Positions 40,601-53,711 of a stretch of 64,000 nt of DNA are shown here, one piece after another. The translations under genes and the position numbers were made by a program. Where the stretch lies: assembly GCA_951804945.1 (NCBI GenBank), contig OX638152.1, forward strand, positions 101,122,001-101,186,000, given 5' to 3'. Position 1 is the stretch's first letter; each line of letters begins with the position of its first letter. The notes below the pieces were generated by a model. That model ran no database searches and was not told the DNA's origin. It worked only from the letters and a program-made list of their open reading frames with translations. Origin of the DNA: Podarcis cretensis. Lineage: Eukaryota.

Positions 40601-41234
40601 GTCTATAGTCAAACGCTACAGGGGACAGACCATTTTGCAAAAAAAAATTGCAAGTAGGACAATGATTAACATTTAAAGGGTTTCTAACTAGCAGTTCTTC
40701 AGGTGATACAGCTGCAAAATGAAACAAGCAGTCTGCTGCTATAATTCTATGGGCAACTGACAGCATTTGGGACCACCCCAGGGGGCGGGGGGGGGAGAAT
40801 AATGGCCACTTACTGAATTCCAGGGTGAGCAGCTGTTGCGACCCACTGCAGCGCCTCCTGAGCCCCACGTAGCCTTGCCATTTGGTATTCAGTCATTGCT
40901 GCATCCTCCTGGCCGACGCAAAGCATCGTGGGCAACTGACAGGCCCACTGTTCAAATTCAGCCTATTCATGGCAGCCTTGTGCACGGAGCTTGGGGAGCT
41001 GACCTGAAGGCTGCAGTCTTCACTCAGGTCCGCTCCATAAAAGGCAGCCAGCACTGCTCCTAGCACTCCTCCTTGGTTTTTCCATCAAGATCTTCATCGG
41101 GTCAGCTTGGATCGTTCTTTGCAGAGCACGTGGCTTGCCAGGGCCATTTTCACACGCACTATCCCTCCTTGGATTTTCGCAGTGACTCCTCTTCACTTTA
41201 GATGGCGGCCACCAGCAATCATCTGCTGAGGCTC

Positions 41235-41585
41235 CCACTAGGTCCGGACTGTCATGCCAGCAACTCCTGTCAAGCAATTCTGAGCAAACAATGGCCATGC
41301 CTGGGTATATAGCAAGGAGCCTGTCGAAGTCCTCTATGATGGCCCAAGTCAGGTTGATGCCTTTTCTGTAAGCCTTTCCATCCCAGTTGAAAGACTGTGG
41401 CATCAGGAGGGCCGACTTTGGGGATTCCATGGTGGGTACAAATTCTTGACATTTCATGCCCCTCCACACCAAACATGAACTCTGGACATCTGCTGGAAAG
41501 CCAAGTTTTTTACATCTTCTGCTGGCCTGGGCTGAGTGGACAATACTGTGCCCACAACTCCAAACCTTCATCACCGTCATACCTG
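41235..41585 (-). pseudogene. SGNH-hydrolase-like ORF remnant of an Ngaro-type retrotransposon
   Basis: KVWSCGHSIVH (block I-like), LGF..V..WRGMK, IVCSELL.R..W; lies directly downstream of the recombinase on the same strand. Confidence 0.7.
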
Positions 41586-41629
41586 AAACTAAGGATTTAA
41601 CAAGAATGGGTAAGTTCCTGGAGGCTGTG

Positions 41630-42300
41630 ATGAACATATTTCTTTGTAAGCTTTAGATATCCATTGCCCAATAGCTTTTATTCCGCCCATGGGCAGACCC
41701 CAATATGCTGCCATTGTGGCTGCCCCTGTTCTGAAAGAGTGTGCAGCAAACTCGGATGCCTATAGACTGCATGCCTCCATCGCCTTGCACAGCAGCTGGT
41801 AAACGGATGCCTGGCAAGGCACAAATGATCTTCGTGAATGAGGAGAGGGTCTGGCCCAGGGGGTCTAAAATCTAGTTGTCTCCTTAAGTCCGTTACTGGT
41901 CATGGGCCTTTATGGTTTGATGTTGCCAGTCTAACTAGTGTGTCTTTACCCAATTCAGTGATTTTGGAGGAGCGGATCCAGATCGCCAGTTCCAAGCAAA
42001 TCATTGTTAAGTCCTGAAGTAATAGACCTCTCAAGAGGGCATCACCACTGCCCTCGTTTACACACTTTGGGGACTCATGCCCTGAGTTAAATGGTCTGCT
42101 TTCCTACTTTGACCAGCATCCATTTCTCAGTGCCCTGTGTATACTACAGAGGAGGTCAAATGTCACTGGATTCCTTCCATCCCATAACCTGCGCCAGCCT
42201 CCGAGGGACCAAAAATGTCTCACTGGGGTAAAGTGAATGAATCGGGCCAGAAATAAAGCCAATTGTGGTGTGGGTCATAAGGTGCAGTGTGTGGATGGCA
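41630..42300 (-). pseudogene. Tyrosine recombinase remnant (DIRS order, Ngaro-like)
   Basis: Hand translation gives IWIRSSKITELGK, RPPGPDPLLIHED and EFAAHSFRTGAATMAAYWGLPMGGIKAIGQWISKAYK (HSFRxGAAT..GxWxS.AY catalytic box); frameshifted. Confidence 0.85.
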
Positions 42301-42669
42301 GGTAATTTGGCCCCTCTGCATTACATTTGACTAGGAGGCCTTCTGTCATAACGGTGGAGTGCACTAGTCTGAAAGAAGCAATGAGGTTTGGCTAAATGAC
42401 CTAGTTGGGGGCATAAGGGGTTGGTTGCAAGCATGAGAGGTTTGGCAGCAAGCCTTGTTTGGCTCGACTGGCGGTAAGTCATTGGGTAAGCCTTAGGACT
42501 CAGCTATACAGCTGCAAATAAAATGATTTTAGTGTATTTTAAGTGCAACATACAATGTGACACTAGATGGTGATGGTGAGCCTTATGGAAAATTCAATGC
42601 ATTTTTAAAAAATGCTTTTTAAAAAAGCATTTTCAGAACGGTATTTATATGTGTGCAGATTCCACCTTA

Positions 42670-43000
42670 GTTTTGGTTAGAAGGGAGGTTGCAGCCTCCG
42701 CTTGCCCCTCCTTGGTTAAGGGTATCCCATTAAAGGGATCCGCGAGGAGTTGCTTCTGTTCAACCCCCCCCGGCCCACCATGGGGCCTTCAACAAAGTAC
42801 CCCTATTTGATGTAGGTCATAGCCCTCCCCCCGCCCCAGTTGTGGTTTACCCTTAGATATACTTCCAGCAGACAGGCTAGAGTTGATTAAATGGCTTTAC
42901 CCAATGTCTATGCCAAACCTTTCACACCTGTATCCAATAAAGTTATGACCTATTTGAACCCAAAACCTATATGCTGCTGTCTTGTCTGGTTATTTCATTA
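42670..43000 (+). mobile_element. 3' half of terminal repeat (copy B), same superfamily as copies A and C
   Basis: aagggtatcccattaaagggat, gtggtttaccctta, ccaatgtctatgccaa, caataaagttatg. Confidence 0.65.
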
Positions 43001-43139
43001 CATAGGAAGAGACTGGGTCATGGGGCCTTGGCGCACGCGCGCACGCGCACACACACACACACACACACAGGGAGAGAGGGAGAGAGAGAGCTAATTATGC
43101 TGTTCACCTGGTCACAAAATTTCTCTATATTCATATATA

Positions 43140-44038
43140 GAGTGGTATCTCGGGTTAAGTACTTAATCCGTTCTGGAGGTCCGTTCTTAACCTGAAACTG
43201 TTCTTAACCTGAAGCACCACTTTAGCTAATGGGGCCTCCCGCTGCCGCCGTGCCGCTGGAGCACAATTTCTGTTCTCAACCTGAAACAAAGTTCTTAACC
43301 CGAAGTACTATTTCTGGGTTAGCGGAGTCTGTAACCTGAAGCATATGTACCTACATCAAATAGGGGTACTTTGTTGAAGGCCCCATGGGGGGGGGGGGGG
43401 TTGAACAGAAGCAACTCCTCGCGGATCCCTTTAATGGGATACCCTTAACCAAGGAGGGGCAAGCGGAGGCTGCAACCTCCCTTCCAACCAAAACTAAGGT
43501 GGAATCTGCACACATATAAAGCATATGAAGGACACTGACAAACTGGAACGTGTCCAGAGGAGGGCAACCAAAATGGTCAAAGGCCTGGAAACGATGCCTT
43601 ATGAAGAACGGCTAAGGGAGCTGGGCATGTTTAGCCTGGAGAAGAGGAGGTTAAGGGGTGATATGATAGCCATGTTCAAATATATAAAAGGATGTCACAT
43701 AGAGGAGGGAGAAAGGTTGTTTTCTGCTGCTCCAGAGAAGCGGACACGGAGCAATGGATCCAAACTACAAGAAAGAAGATTCCACCTAAACATTAGGAAG
43801 AACTTCCTGACAGTAAGAGCTGTTCGACAGTGGAATTTGCTGCCAAGGAGTGTGGTGGAGTCTCCTTCTTTGGAGGTCTTTAAGCAGAGGCTTGACAACC
43901 ATATGTCAGGAGTGCTCTGATGGTGTTTCCTGCTTGGCAGGGGGTTGGACTCGATGGCCCTTGTGGTCTCTTCCAACTCTATGATTCTATGATTCTATGA
44001 TATGTAACCTGAAGCATATGTAACCCGAGGTACCACTG
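43140..44038 (-). mobile_element. MITE family M1 split by a composite insertion (43349-44000)
   Basis: Left part 43140-43349 and right part 44001-44038 are collinear with 33151-33392; tatgta is duplicated around the insert. Confidence 0.9.
43528..44000 (+). mobile_element. Young 5'-truncated CR1 LINE (intact ORF2 C-terminus plus 3' UTR)
   Basis: [38 protein letters not shown] is open to the stop at 43920; (ATTCTATG)n tail. Confidence 0.97.
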
Positions 44039-44714
44039 TATATTTCTATTCATGCATTCAGAAGTATGTTGGCATGGGGGGCTGCAGCTGGAGGAGGGGA
44101 GCAATTACGTATGTGCTTCCCTGGCATACCCAACTCCACTCTTGCATTAAGTGGGAAGATATGAAGGGAGGCTTGTAAGTGCATTCAAGCAAATGCACTC
44201 CCAAGCCCTCTTCAGACCTTCTCACTCCACATGTTTGAGTCCTCATACGTTATTGTGAATTAATGAATAGAGCTAGCACTCTCCTACTTCACCAGCCTGT
44301 GGCAAGCGTTACTGAGACAGCATATGCAGACACCTAGGAAACATACTAATTTTGGGAAAGCACAACATGGGCAGACCAGATGGCATACAATGGCCATCAA
44401 AGACATGTCTCAGCACTGAAGCAAAGCTCTCCGCAGCTTAGCCAGCTACAACCATGCTACAGACTGTTGTAAAAAAAGATTAGGGCAAATGCAGTTGGAG
44501 GATGCTGAGAGACTGATTCAGCAACAGTCATGTGGGGACTGTACTGATTTCTCCCTAATAATATTCATCATTTTATTATTTATATGCTGACCATCTGACT
44601 GGGTTGCTCCAGCCACTCTGGGCAGCTCCCAACAAAATATTAAGAACAGAATAAAACCTGAAACATTAAAAAAACTTCCTTGTACAGGGCTGCCTTCAAA
44701 TGTCATTGTTTGTC

Positions 44715-44952
44715 CAAATGAATGGATGAAATGGATTGGTAGTAGATTGGGGACTGGGGGGAAATGGAAATCTCTCTTCACACAAGATGTGACTACATGG
44801 AACTGATGCCACAAATAGGGATGACAGCTAAAATGGTCTTTAAAAGGGACTGGACAGATTACTATTCATGGCTACTAGCTAAATGGAGGTCATGCTGCTA
44901 AATAGCCCGGCCATGTTCAGAGGCAGCTTATCTTTCACTGCCAAATGCTGGA
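44715..44952 (+). mobile_element. Old CR1 3' fragment
   Basis: Degenerate CR1 ORF2 end and 3' UTR; a similar fragment lies at ~54765-55098. Confidence 0.6.
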
Positions 44953-45672
44953 TTTGTTCATTCCTCAGGCAAAGGGGGAAGAGAAGTGGGATACAAATCT
45001 TTACTGAAATGTTTTAAATGAACAAATATGCAAATGATTTGATTCATTCAGAGCAAATTCCTTTCTGCAAAACAGAAATTAAACTACATCAGCTTGCACA
45101 TCACCCCATTCCTAAAGCAAATTTCTGGCTGATGTTTTGTTCTGGCATTTCAGTGTTATGCTGTAACTTCCAGCTGCAATAATTCTCCCTTTCATAAAAT
45201 GCAGAATTTTACAAGCAGTCCAAAGGCTGCCTAAATAAATTGAAATATTCGCCTCTGTGGAGATATTACAATCCTGTCTTGTTCATATTTGGTGATGGAT
45301 TTGAAACACACTTTTTATGTTATTGCTTTGCCTCACTGCTTTGAGGAAAGCTTGGACAACTTATTTTAAGAAAAGAACAACTAGATCAGAGCACATGCAT
45401 CTGCTCTCATGTTCAAATTCATTTCCTTCTTAGCACCGCTTGATTTCCAAAATTAGAGGATCTGGGGATCACTGGAATACAAACAGTGTGAGCTATTAGA
45501 ATTTCTCCCATTCCCAGATGCACAGCAGTTGTCTGCAGATGGCCATTTAGTGCAAAGATTTTGCATGTGCCTCCAGTTCATTGTCCCTGCCCATTTCTTC
45601 CACAAGTAAATCTGTGCTCAAAGCAGATCATGCAAAAAAACGAAGTATAACTACAGTAATGCAGTAACAATA

Positions 45673-45932
45673 CAGTGGTACCTCGGGATGCGAACGGGAT
45701 CCGTTCTAGAGCCCCATTCGCATCCTGAATGGAACGTAAGACGCAATGGCACGTCTGTGCGTGCACGGGTCGCGTTTTCCCACTTCTGTGCATGCGCGTG
45801 ACGTCATTTTGAGCGTCTGCGCATGCGCGAGCGGCAAAACCTGGAAGTAGCGTGCTCCGTTACTTCCGGGTTGCCGTGGAGCACAACCCGAAAGCACTCA
45901 ACCTGAAGCACATTCAACCCGAGGTATGACTG
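45673..45932. mobile_element. Tc1/mariner MITE, family M2
   Basis: cagtggtacctcggg ... cccgaggtatgactg TIRs, TA TSDs, CpG-rich body. Confidence 0.88.
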
Positions 45933-46449
45933 TACATAAGAAGACATAACACTGCAACATAACACTAAAAATTGTGAATCAAGTAAGCATGCAGTTTACC
46001 ATAGGACACATCAAGGCAGCCAAGGAGCTGATGGCTACCACAGTCTCTCACCCCTCACAGCTGTTCCTCTGGCAGCAACTCCTTTCTGAAGCTTCCTCAG
46101 CAAAGGTGAAACCAACCACCCAATGAGGGGAAGAACTTTTCCCTCACACCTCTTCCTCTGGAAACAGCTCCCTTATGGACACCAGTGTTTTCTTAATTTC
46201 TGATCTGCTCCGGGCTCCGGGCTCCTGACAACCATGCATCTGATGTGTGATAAAGCCATCCGTACAACTTGGTGGGAGAATACAAAGAACCAAACCAGCC
46301 CAGAGCTCCTCCTGATATAGAAGGGATTATCTGTATGGACTGAGAGACACATTAAAAGTTATTGTCTGCATTTCTGCATCATTGGGTGTATTTAGTTTTG
46401 CTTTGCGGCATTGCAGTTGTCCCCTATGCTGTACAATCAAATGTCTATG

Positions 46450-46613
46450 CAGTGGCGTAGCGTGGGGGGTGCAGGGGGGGCTGGCCGCACCGGGCGCAAC
46501 ATGGGGGGGGCGCGCTCGCACTCGCAGCTCTCTGCCCCTACTAAAATCCACAGGTTAGGGGGCGCAAATTACTTGCCTTGCCCCGGGTGCTGACAACCCA
46601 TGCTACGCCACTG
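46450..46613. mobile_element. hAT MITE
   Basis: TIR cagtggcgtagc/gctacgccactg; perfect 8-bp TSD tgtctatg. Confidence 0.95.
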
Positions 46614-46886
46614 TGTCTATGAGACCTTTGCATGAATACCTCTGTAAATCAAAGGGGCCCTTGTCTCTGATTTAAATCAGCCTCACTGGATGGATCCACA
46701 TATCAGTGTAACTTTTTTAAAATGCCACAGTAAATATTTGATTTGGTTCCAATCAGAAGAGACCAGTGCCCTACACACTTGAACTCACAGGTTCCACTAA
46801 CTTCTAAAAGTCACTTCATACTTTGCTTTTCAAACTCAGGTCTGAACAACACCCTAGTTTAAATGGAGAAATACCGGTGTGCTTTG

Positions 46887-47130
46887 CAGTGGTACCTCAG
46901 GTTACATACGCTTCAGGTTACATACACTTCAGGTTACAGCCTCCACTAACCCAGAAATAGTGCTTCAGGTTAAGAACTTTGCTTCAAGATGAGAACAGAA
47001 ATTGTGCTCTGGCGGCACGGCAGCAGCAGGAGGCCCCATTAGCTAAAGTGGTGCTTCAGGTTAAGAACAGTTTCAGGTTAAGAACAGAACGATCCGGAAC
47101 GAATTAAGTATTTAACCTGAGGTACCCCTG
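46887..47130 (+). mobile_element. MITE family M1
   Basis: Collinear with 32381-32622. Confidence 0.9.
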
Positions 47131-48402
47131 TACAGCATAGGCTTCTGTATAATTAAACAGGGAAGCGCACTCAAGAAAGACTGAACGCCACTTCTGTTTT
47201 GATTACATGGAAACCTTCCCATTTTAAAGCATGTTCTCCATGCGAAACTGAACATGTACAACACATATGTTTTGTCATTTAAAATCAGCTAATCATTCCT
47301 GAGTTTTAAAAGGGAAATGTGAAAAAGCCATATGCTGTGTTAATATGGGGAATGTGGAGTTTGGGAGGTATACAGTGTGCTCTTTTTGCGAAATTCATCC
47401 ACTGGTAATTCAGTTTCCAGAAAAAAGACATCACAGTGGAATATCACTCTAGCTCATTGCCAACTAGTTGTTGAATCTTTGCAGTCATTGTATGTTGTGA
47501 TTATTTCAGTATACTGATAGATGCAATGCCATGTGTTCAATGCAATATTGCTGATGATTTCTTTGGCTCTCCTCTGATTATTCTCACTGCCCTGGCAATT
47601 TGTACTCACATCAGTGGAAAGCAGGTGATGTCAGGCCTCATAATGGATGGTCACTGTAATTATAAAAAATATGGAAAGAAAATTGCTTTTTAGCCAGTAA
47701 TATCTTGTCAGAGATTTCATCTTGAACTAGTTAACTTGACAAATTTACTGAAACTCTGGATAATTAAATTCCTGTAGCATGTAGCTGTCTTGTTTGATAT
47801 TATTTTATACCACTTTTTAAACAGGGAAAATCATTTAATTGGCATTATGGACTCATTAAGCACTGCAGTGGGTTTTCAGCCAGGTCATGGCTAAACAAGC
47901 TAATGGCATGTTTTATTCAGGTCTCTGAGAGCCATTCTTTGTGGGGGAATCACCAATATCAGGCATTGGTATTTAAGGCATTGTTTGCTTATAACCATTT
48001 CGGTGTGGCACAATTGTTTAAGACAGTTCCTAACAGCAAGGCCAAAGATAATAATTCAAAACCACTTGAGAGCAGCCTTCACAGATTAGCCAACCCACCC
48101 TGACTCAGTGGGGGGCAGGGGTGCCCTACATGACCAGGAGGGGGAGAATGAAGGGGGAATGAAACGAATCCAGCCTCCCACTCAGCTTCCTGAACAAGTG
48201 ATCCAGCCAAGACCACATGAGCAGCAAATCTCAGCTGGAATGGTTCAGAAGACAGGGGTGCAGTTCCTGAGATTGTGTGCCCTGATGTTATCACAGAAGC
48301 CCATGTGTGCATATGTCCACTAAATGTCATGCAACTGCCCCATGGCACATTAGTAGGCCTCAAGAAATAACAATGGAATTTTTGTGAGCTCCAAATGACC
48401 AC

Positions 48403-48648
48403 CTAAGGTCAACAAACTTTTTCAGCAGGGGGCTGGTCCACTGTCCCTCAGACCTTGTGGGACTATATTTTGAAAAATAAAATAAAATGAATGAATTCCT
48501 ATGCTCCACAAATAACCCAGAGATGCATTTTAAATAAAAGGACACATTCTACTCATGTAAAAGCACGCTGATTCCCGGACCATCCACGGGCTGGATTTAG
48601 AAGGCGATTGGACCATCCAGCCCCCGGGCCTTAGTTTCCCTACCCATG
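48403..48648. mobile_element. hAT-like MITE
   Basis: Degenerate TIRs ggtcaacaaact ... agtttccctaccc. Confidence 0.6.
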
Positions 48649-51600
48649 AACTAAGGAAAAGTCAAGCCTTCTGTCTCTCTGCATGAATCACTACCTATGA
48701 TTGTCTAGGCCTCTTTCAGATCACAGCCAGAGTAGTACTGCAGTAAAATTATCCCCTCCACCTTCTGCAGAAGTCTATGAATGTTAACATGCATGACACC
48801 ACATGATGTCAGGTGATTGACAGATGGGTGGCCCCACTTGTCTGTCAAAGTGGTCTGTAGAAAGTTGGCCACTTTTGGAGCTGGCCCTCCAGCAAAAAAG
48901 TGGTTCCTTCACCCCTGCCCTAGATGACTGAGGACCCTGATACATGAAGGTACCAGATACCTGAAAAACAAAAGGAAAGCACCATCAAGTCCAGAATCCT
49001 GTTCCTACAGTCGCCCACCAGATGCCTGTAGAAAGCCTGCAAAAAGGAATGACTGCTCTCCTCCCAACCTGTCCATGTACTGAGATCATCTTCAGAAGTT
49101 CTCCTTCAGGTCCCACCACCATCTGATGTAAGGTGTGTGGTGACCAGAGAGACAGCCTTTTCAGTGGTGGCACCCACCCTGTGGAATTCTTTCCCCAGAA
49201 AGGCCCACCAAGTGCCAACTTCAAGGGAGGGCGATTTCTGCAAAGGTGTTTTTTATTTTCCCAAGCTTTCAAATGTAATTAATATACCAATAATTTTAAC
49301 AAATACATTGTTTGTATTTTATTTGTATTCTATCTTGGTTTTGTAAAGTGCCCTCAAACCTCTGCTGAAGGATGCTACAGAAATATTTAAAATCAATAAA
49401 TAAAAATAATTCTGGTGCATTCCTCCACTAGATCACTGAATTGCTCCTAATGCAGAGAGAGAACAGAATTTCCAGCCCTTGAGAAAACCATCTGTGGTGC
49501 ATCTGTGGGAAACTCTCCTGCTCTCTCTCTGCTTCCTGCCTTCCAATTAGGAAGAATGCCCAGATCAGTGACTCATACACAGTTTTTCCCCCATAAATTT
49601 TATGAAACAAAAGCAGAATACTAAGAGATAGCCTTCTGTGAGGGAGACCACTCTTGCCCTTGCACAGGCTTTTTCAGTGTTAGAGAAATGTGCCTCCAGT
49701 TTTGAATCTACCTCATCTTCCAGAAATGTAGGGAACCAATCGCTCCTCACAGGAGTCAGTTAAAAACAACTCCTCTTTTAGCCTTTTCAGCATAACTTAG
49801 TGGTAGAGAAGCACTTTGGTTTTATGTTGGTTCCATCCCTGGAATCTCCAGTGAAAATAATCTTGTGACAGATCAGAGCTGGCCCAGAACATTTGATGGT
49901 TTAGAATCATAGAGTTGTATGGTTCATCTAGTCCAATCCCTTGCAGTGCAGGATGCTGCAAGGATGTGGAGCTACAAAAGCTACAGGAAGGCCAGTCAAG
50001 TTATTTTGCAAGGAACTCCTCCTTGACAGCAAAATAAAATAAATAATAATAATAATAGATTAAAGTAGCTGTGCTTTCAAGGTATCCATTATCAGCTGCC
50101 TCATCCTAGCTAACAGTAGGGCCAGCCCTAAGATTGCCCTGCTTGGCAGTGACTTTGCAGGCTAACAACACCAGTCAAACAGAATAAACCTGCTGTCGGC
50201 CGCCTCCTAACATCTTTACCTGAGACACGTGTTCTCCTAAAGGTTCCTTTATTTATACATGTGTTATGATGAGTCCAAGGTGGGAAAGAAGGCGTAAAAT
50301 TGGTAGCCTGCCCCAGGCCTGTAAATATCTCATTATGGTCCAGGAAAGGAATAATTGGATAATCAGTTCCAAAGGCTTTTGGACCAAATGACCACATCAA
50401 ATCCTCACTGTGTGTGCGAAGCACCTGGAGACACTTAAAGGAGGTGGAACCATTCAACTAAATGCACAATTGCTCCCTGGCAGCAGGTGTTCAAATCACT
50501 CAATCAATTAAAATAAATAACAAATTAGAGTAAACTGCAGGCATTTAATTGGAATTCCAGGGGAAGAGGAGGTGCTGGGAGTGAGCTGGATGGCTCTTTA
50601 GGGGATGGGGGATTGAGGCTGGTGGAAAAGGGGAGGATCGATTATGCCCAGCATCCACAGTGAGCTCTGTTCTTGCATAGGTTCTGCCTAAATCACAGCC
50701 CTCTTTCAAAAGCAGAGGTGTGAGAGCCACAGCATGGGCTGAACTCACGTTCAGGTTTAGCAGCCCTGTTCTTCTGCCTGTAACAGCACAGCAGATGAAG
50801 TTTGTCCCATTGCTTATCTCCATGCAATGAAGCACATCTGCAAAGCTGTCGATGAGGGAGGAACAATCTGATCTAATGGGATATGGTCCTTGGCAGGACA
50901 AAGGCTCTTCTGGCAACTTGGAGCTTACCTAACTATTGACGAGTTTTCTGAAGAGATACATGGGAGGTTCTATCAGGATCTATTGACAACTGGGCACAGA
51001 GGTCACCAGGAATACTGGAAGTGAATAAATTACTGCTCGGTGTCTGCCTGTGTGGCACAACCACAACAGATCATGCAGCAAAGATAGAGCTGATTCGGGG
51101 AGCTGATTCACACATGCAAGTTAACCCTGGATCAGCAGGCACCAGCCTTTCTAGGACTTTTTGAGCATTGTGCTCTCAAATCACTTCTCTTTCTGGGATC
51201 ATACATAAACAAACAAACACACACAAGGGTGGGGAGATAGAAAGAGAGAAAGTGGGTGCACATGTGTATCATTTCCCCACAGAATAATCTTAATAAAATT
51301 CAGATCCAGTGGAATTAAACTGAGCCTTGAAAAGCGTGGAAAGTGCATCACTCTTGCAACTTCAGCTCATTATACTTTTCAAAGGAGAAAAAAGCAACCA
51401 CCCTCAACACCTCATGCACCCACTAGTGCCATATCAACAACCCCTGTCTCATTCCTCTGTTGCTGGGCTCCTTCCTGACAGAAGCCCATTCCACAACAAC
51501 CTGAGTTGCAAAAGAAGGAGGGAACCTTGCAGAAGTCAAGAACTTATTCTGTGTCTCTGTGGCTCCTGTCTGCAAGAAAAGTTGTTGCACATGCTTAGAG

Positions 51601-52442
51601 CCTCTATCGCCAGTGGGAATTTGAGGACTTAGGATGAGTTTTTGACTTTTACCCATCACCTCTGTTGTCTGCTTCTCCCACACACACCCTTTTGAAACTT
51701 GGCAAATAGGATAAATGAGAGGTGGACAAAAAACAGGATTGGGAAAGACTGGCTTTGGGTAAGGACTGGTGTCAAGGCATTACCAACTGGGCCAGAACTC
51801 TTCAAGCAGCAGGCATGATGGGTGACAAAGATGGGCTAAGTCAGCCACTTATTTATTATTATTTATTTAGAAAATGTCTTAATTGCTTTAAATTCAAAAT
51901 AACCTCCAAGTGATATGCAAAAAACAGGGGGCATGAAACACTTCAAGAAGTACCTCTCTGATGAGCACAGTGGTATCTAGTGGTCTGGGGATCCGAAGCT
52001 GTTAAGGGCTTTATAGGCCAAGACTAAAATTTTAAAATAACATATTGTTATGAATCTGTCAGTGCAAAACACCCTGAATTCCAGATTAAGTTAATGCTAG
52101 AATTTAATTAAGGTTGGGATGTTAGAACGGGGAAGTAACCAGACTCATGTGCATTTAAGATAGACCCAAGTGTGTGTGGACTCGCTGATAAGCCTTTGTA
52201 ATCGGCATTTGTGAGAGCTAATTCAGGCAGGCAGACATCTTAAATTGTGAGTCCTCCCTAATTCTATGAAATTAACACAATTTCTACCATTGAGGGCATC
52301 AGGTTCAGAGGCATAATGGGCCTGGGGTTTTTGTTGTTGTTGTTGTTTTGGTTTTTTTGATGTTGGAGAGCTGGTATTATGAACCTCATCACCAGTTTCC
52401 AAAGCTCACCAGCACCACTGTTTTATGAAGGGCAATGAATGG

Positions 52443-52513
<71 letters not shown>

Positions 52514-53325
52514 CAACACAGAGAGAGACCCAGGGACAAACAGAACATAGTTCAAAAGAGACACTTTACACAATGAGCTACCAGTCACCAAGTGATGAAT
52601 CAGTCCTTAATTGATTGTTAGGACAGAGAATGTTTGTGATAAAACTACAAAGAGAATGCGCGATCAGGGCTCTATAGCAAGTAATTTACTTGTTTCATAT
52701 GCAAATATGTCTGAAAATCACAGAAGTGGCTGCTTATCCTCATACCACTGAGATTTCAGAAACAAAGATTGTAGTTGAGGTAAAAAATAGAATCTCCAGA
52801 ACTCTGACTATCACTTATGTCTCTCATTTATTATAGGAACATATAATTATGTTGTTTTAAATGGTTAATTAATGAATTCCCTCATACGCACGGCACTTTA
52901 CATTTCAGCATGTGAACATTATTAGATTACTGCAAGTCACCAAAGCCAGCTCTTAGGAGACAGTTGCCCTGTTCCAGCTCTTGTAGGGTGTGCTTTAGAG
53001 AGATCTGAAAGCTCTAGTTGCATCTGAGACTGTCCACCCAGTCATATATTTTAATTTACATTCAATTGAGGCCCATGAAGTGCAGGTAGGTAGACCATCT
53101 TCAGGACAGAAATGGGAAACATGCATTTTGATTAGCGTTGGCTTATAGGTCTGATCTGAACCATTGCTCTACCGGACCTAGTGATACGTACTGAGAATCA
53201 TGCTCCAGTACACAAATATCCTTAGGAAGATTGTGACCACTGTCTCAAAAGAACACAAATATTTCAAAACATGCCATGTTGCAATTCTGTTCATTGGTTT
53301 TGAATCATTTTTTTTCTCTAATTCA

Positions 53326-53367
53326 ATAATAATAATAATGATGATGATGATGATGATGATGATGATG
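53326..53367 (+). repeat. (AAT)n(GAT)n microsatellite
   Basis: Seen directly. Confidence 0.95.
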
Positions 53368-53697
53368 CCACTGTTTAAATCCAAGCCATAGTTACTTGGG
53401 ACAATTTCTAAAATGTCCTTATACTAAAAATAAAAAGAGCAATTAATCTAAGGATGTGCAGAGCCAAGATGAGATTTTCCTCCTAATCTTCATTTAAAAC
53501 AGTTCGGTCCCCTTGATATTCCTCAGGCATCTTGGCAGAGGAGGGACACCCCCCCCCTTTTTTTTACTTGAATTTCTCTGTAGGCATAATTTGGGTGGCG
53601 ACTTTATAACCACTGTAATCCACTTCTTAGAACGGTTTCCTATTGCACGTCGAATCGTGTGTAGATTTTGTCAATGGCTTGCAGTACATGACAATAC

Positions 53698-53711
53698 CCT
53701 CTAGATGGCAC
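53698..53711 (+). promoter_or_regulatory. Candidate CTCF site
   Basis: cctctagatggcac closely fits the CCASYAGRKGGCRS core; motif match only. Confidence 0.4.

Noticed and set aside
42711-42860. Pistol or hammerhead ribozyme in the terminal repeats
   Set aside because: The AGGG/CCCU pairing and UUAAA recall pistol superficially, but P1 is not conserved across copies, and I found no CUGAnGA..GAAA core.
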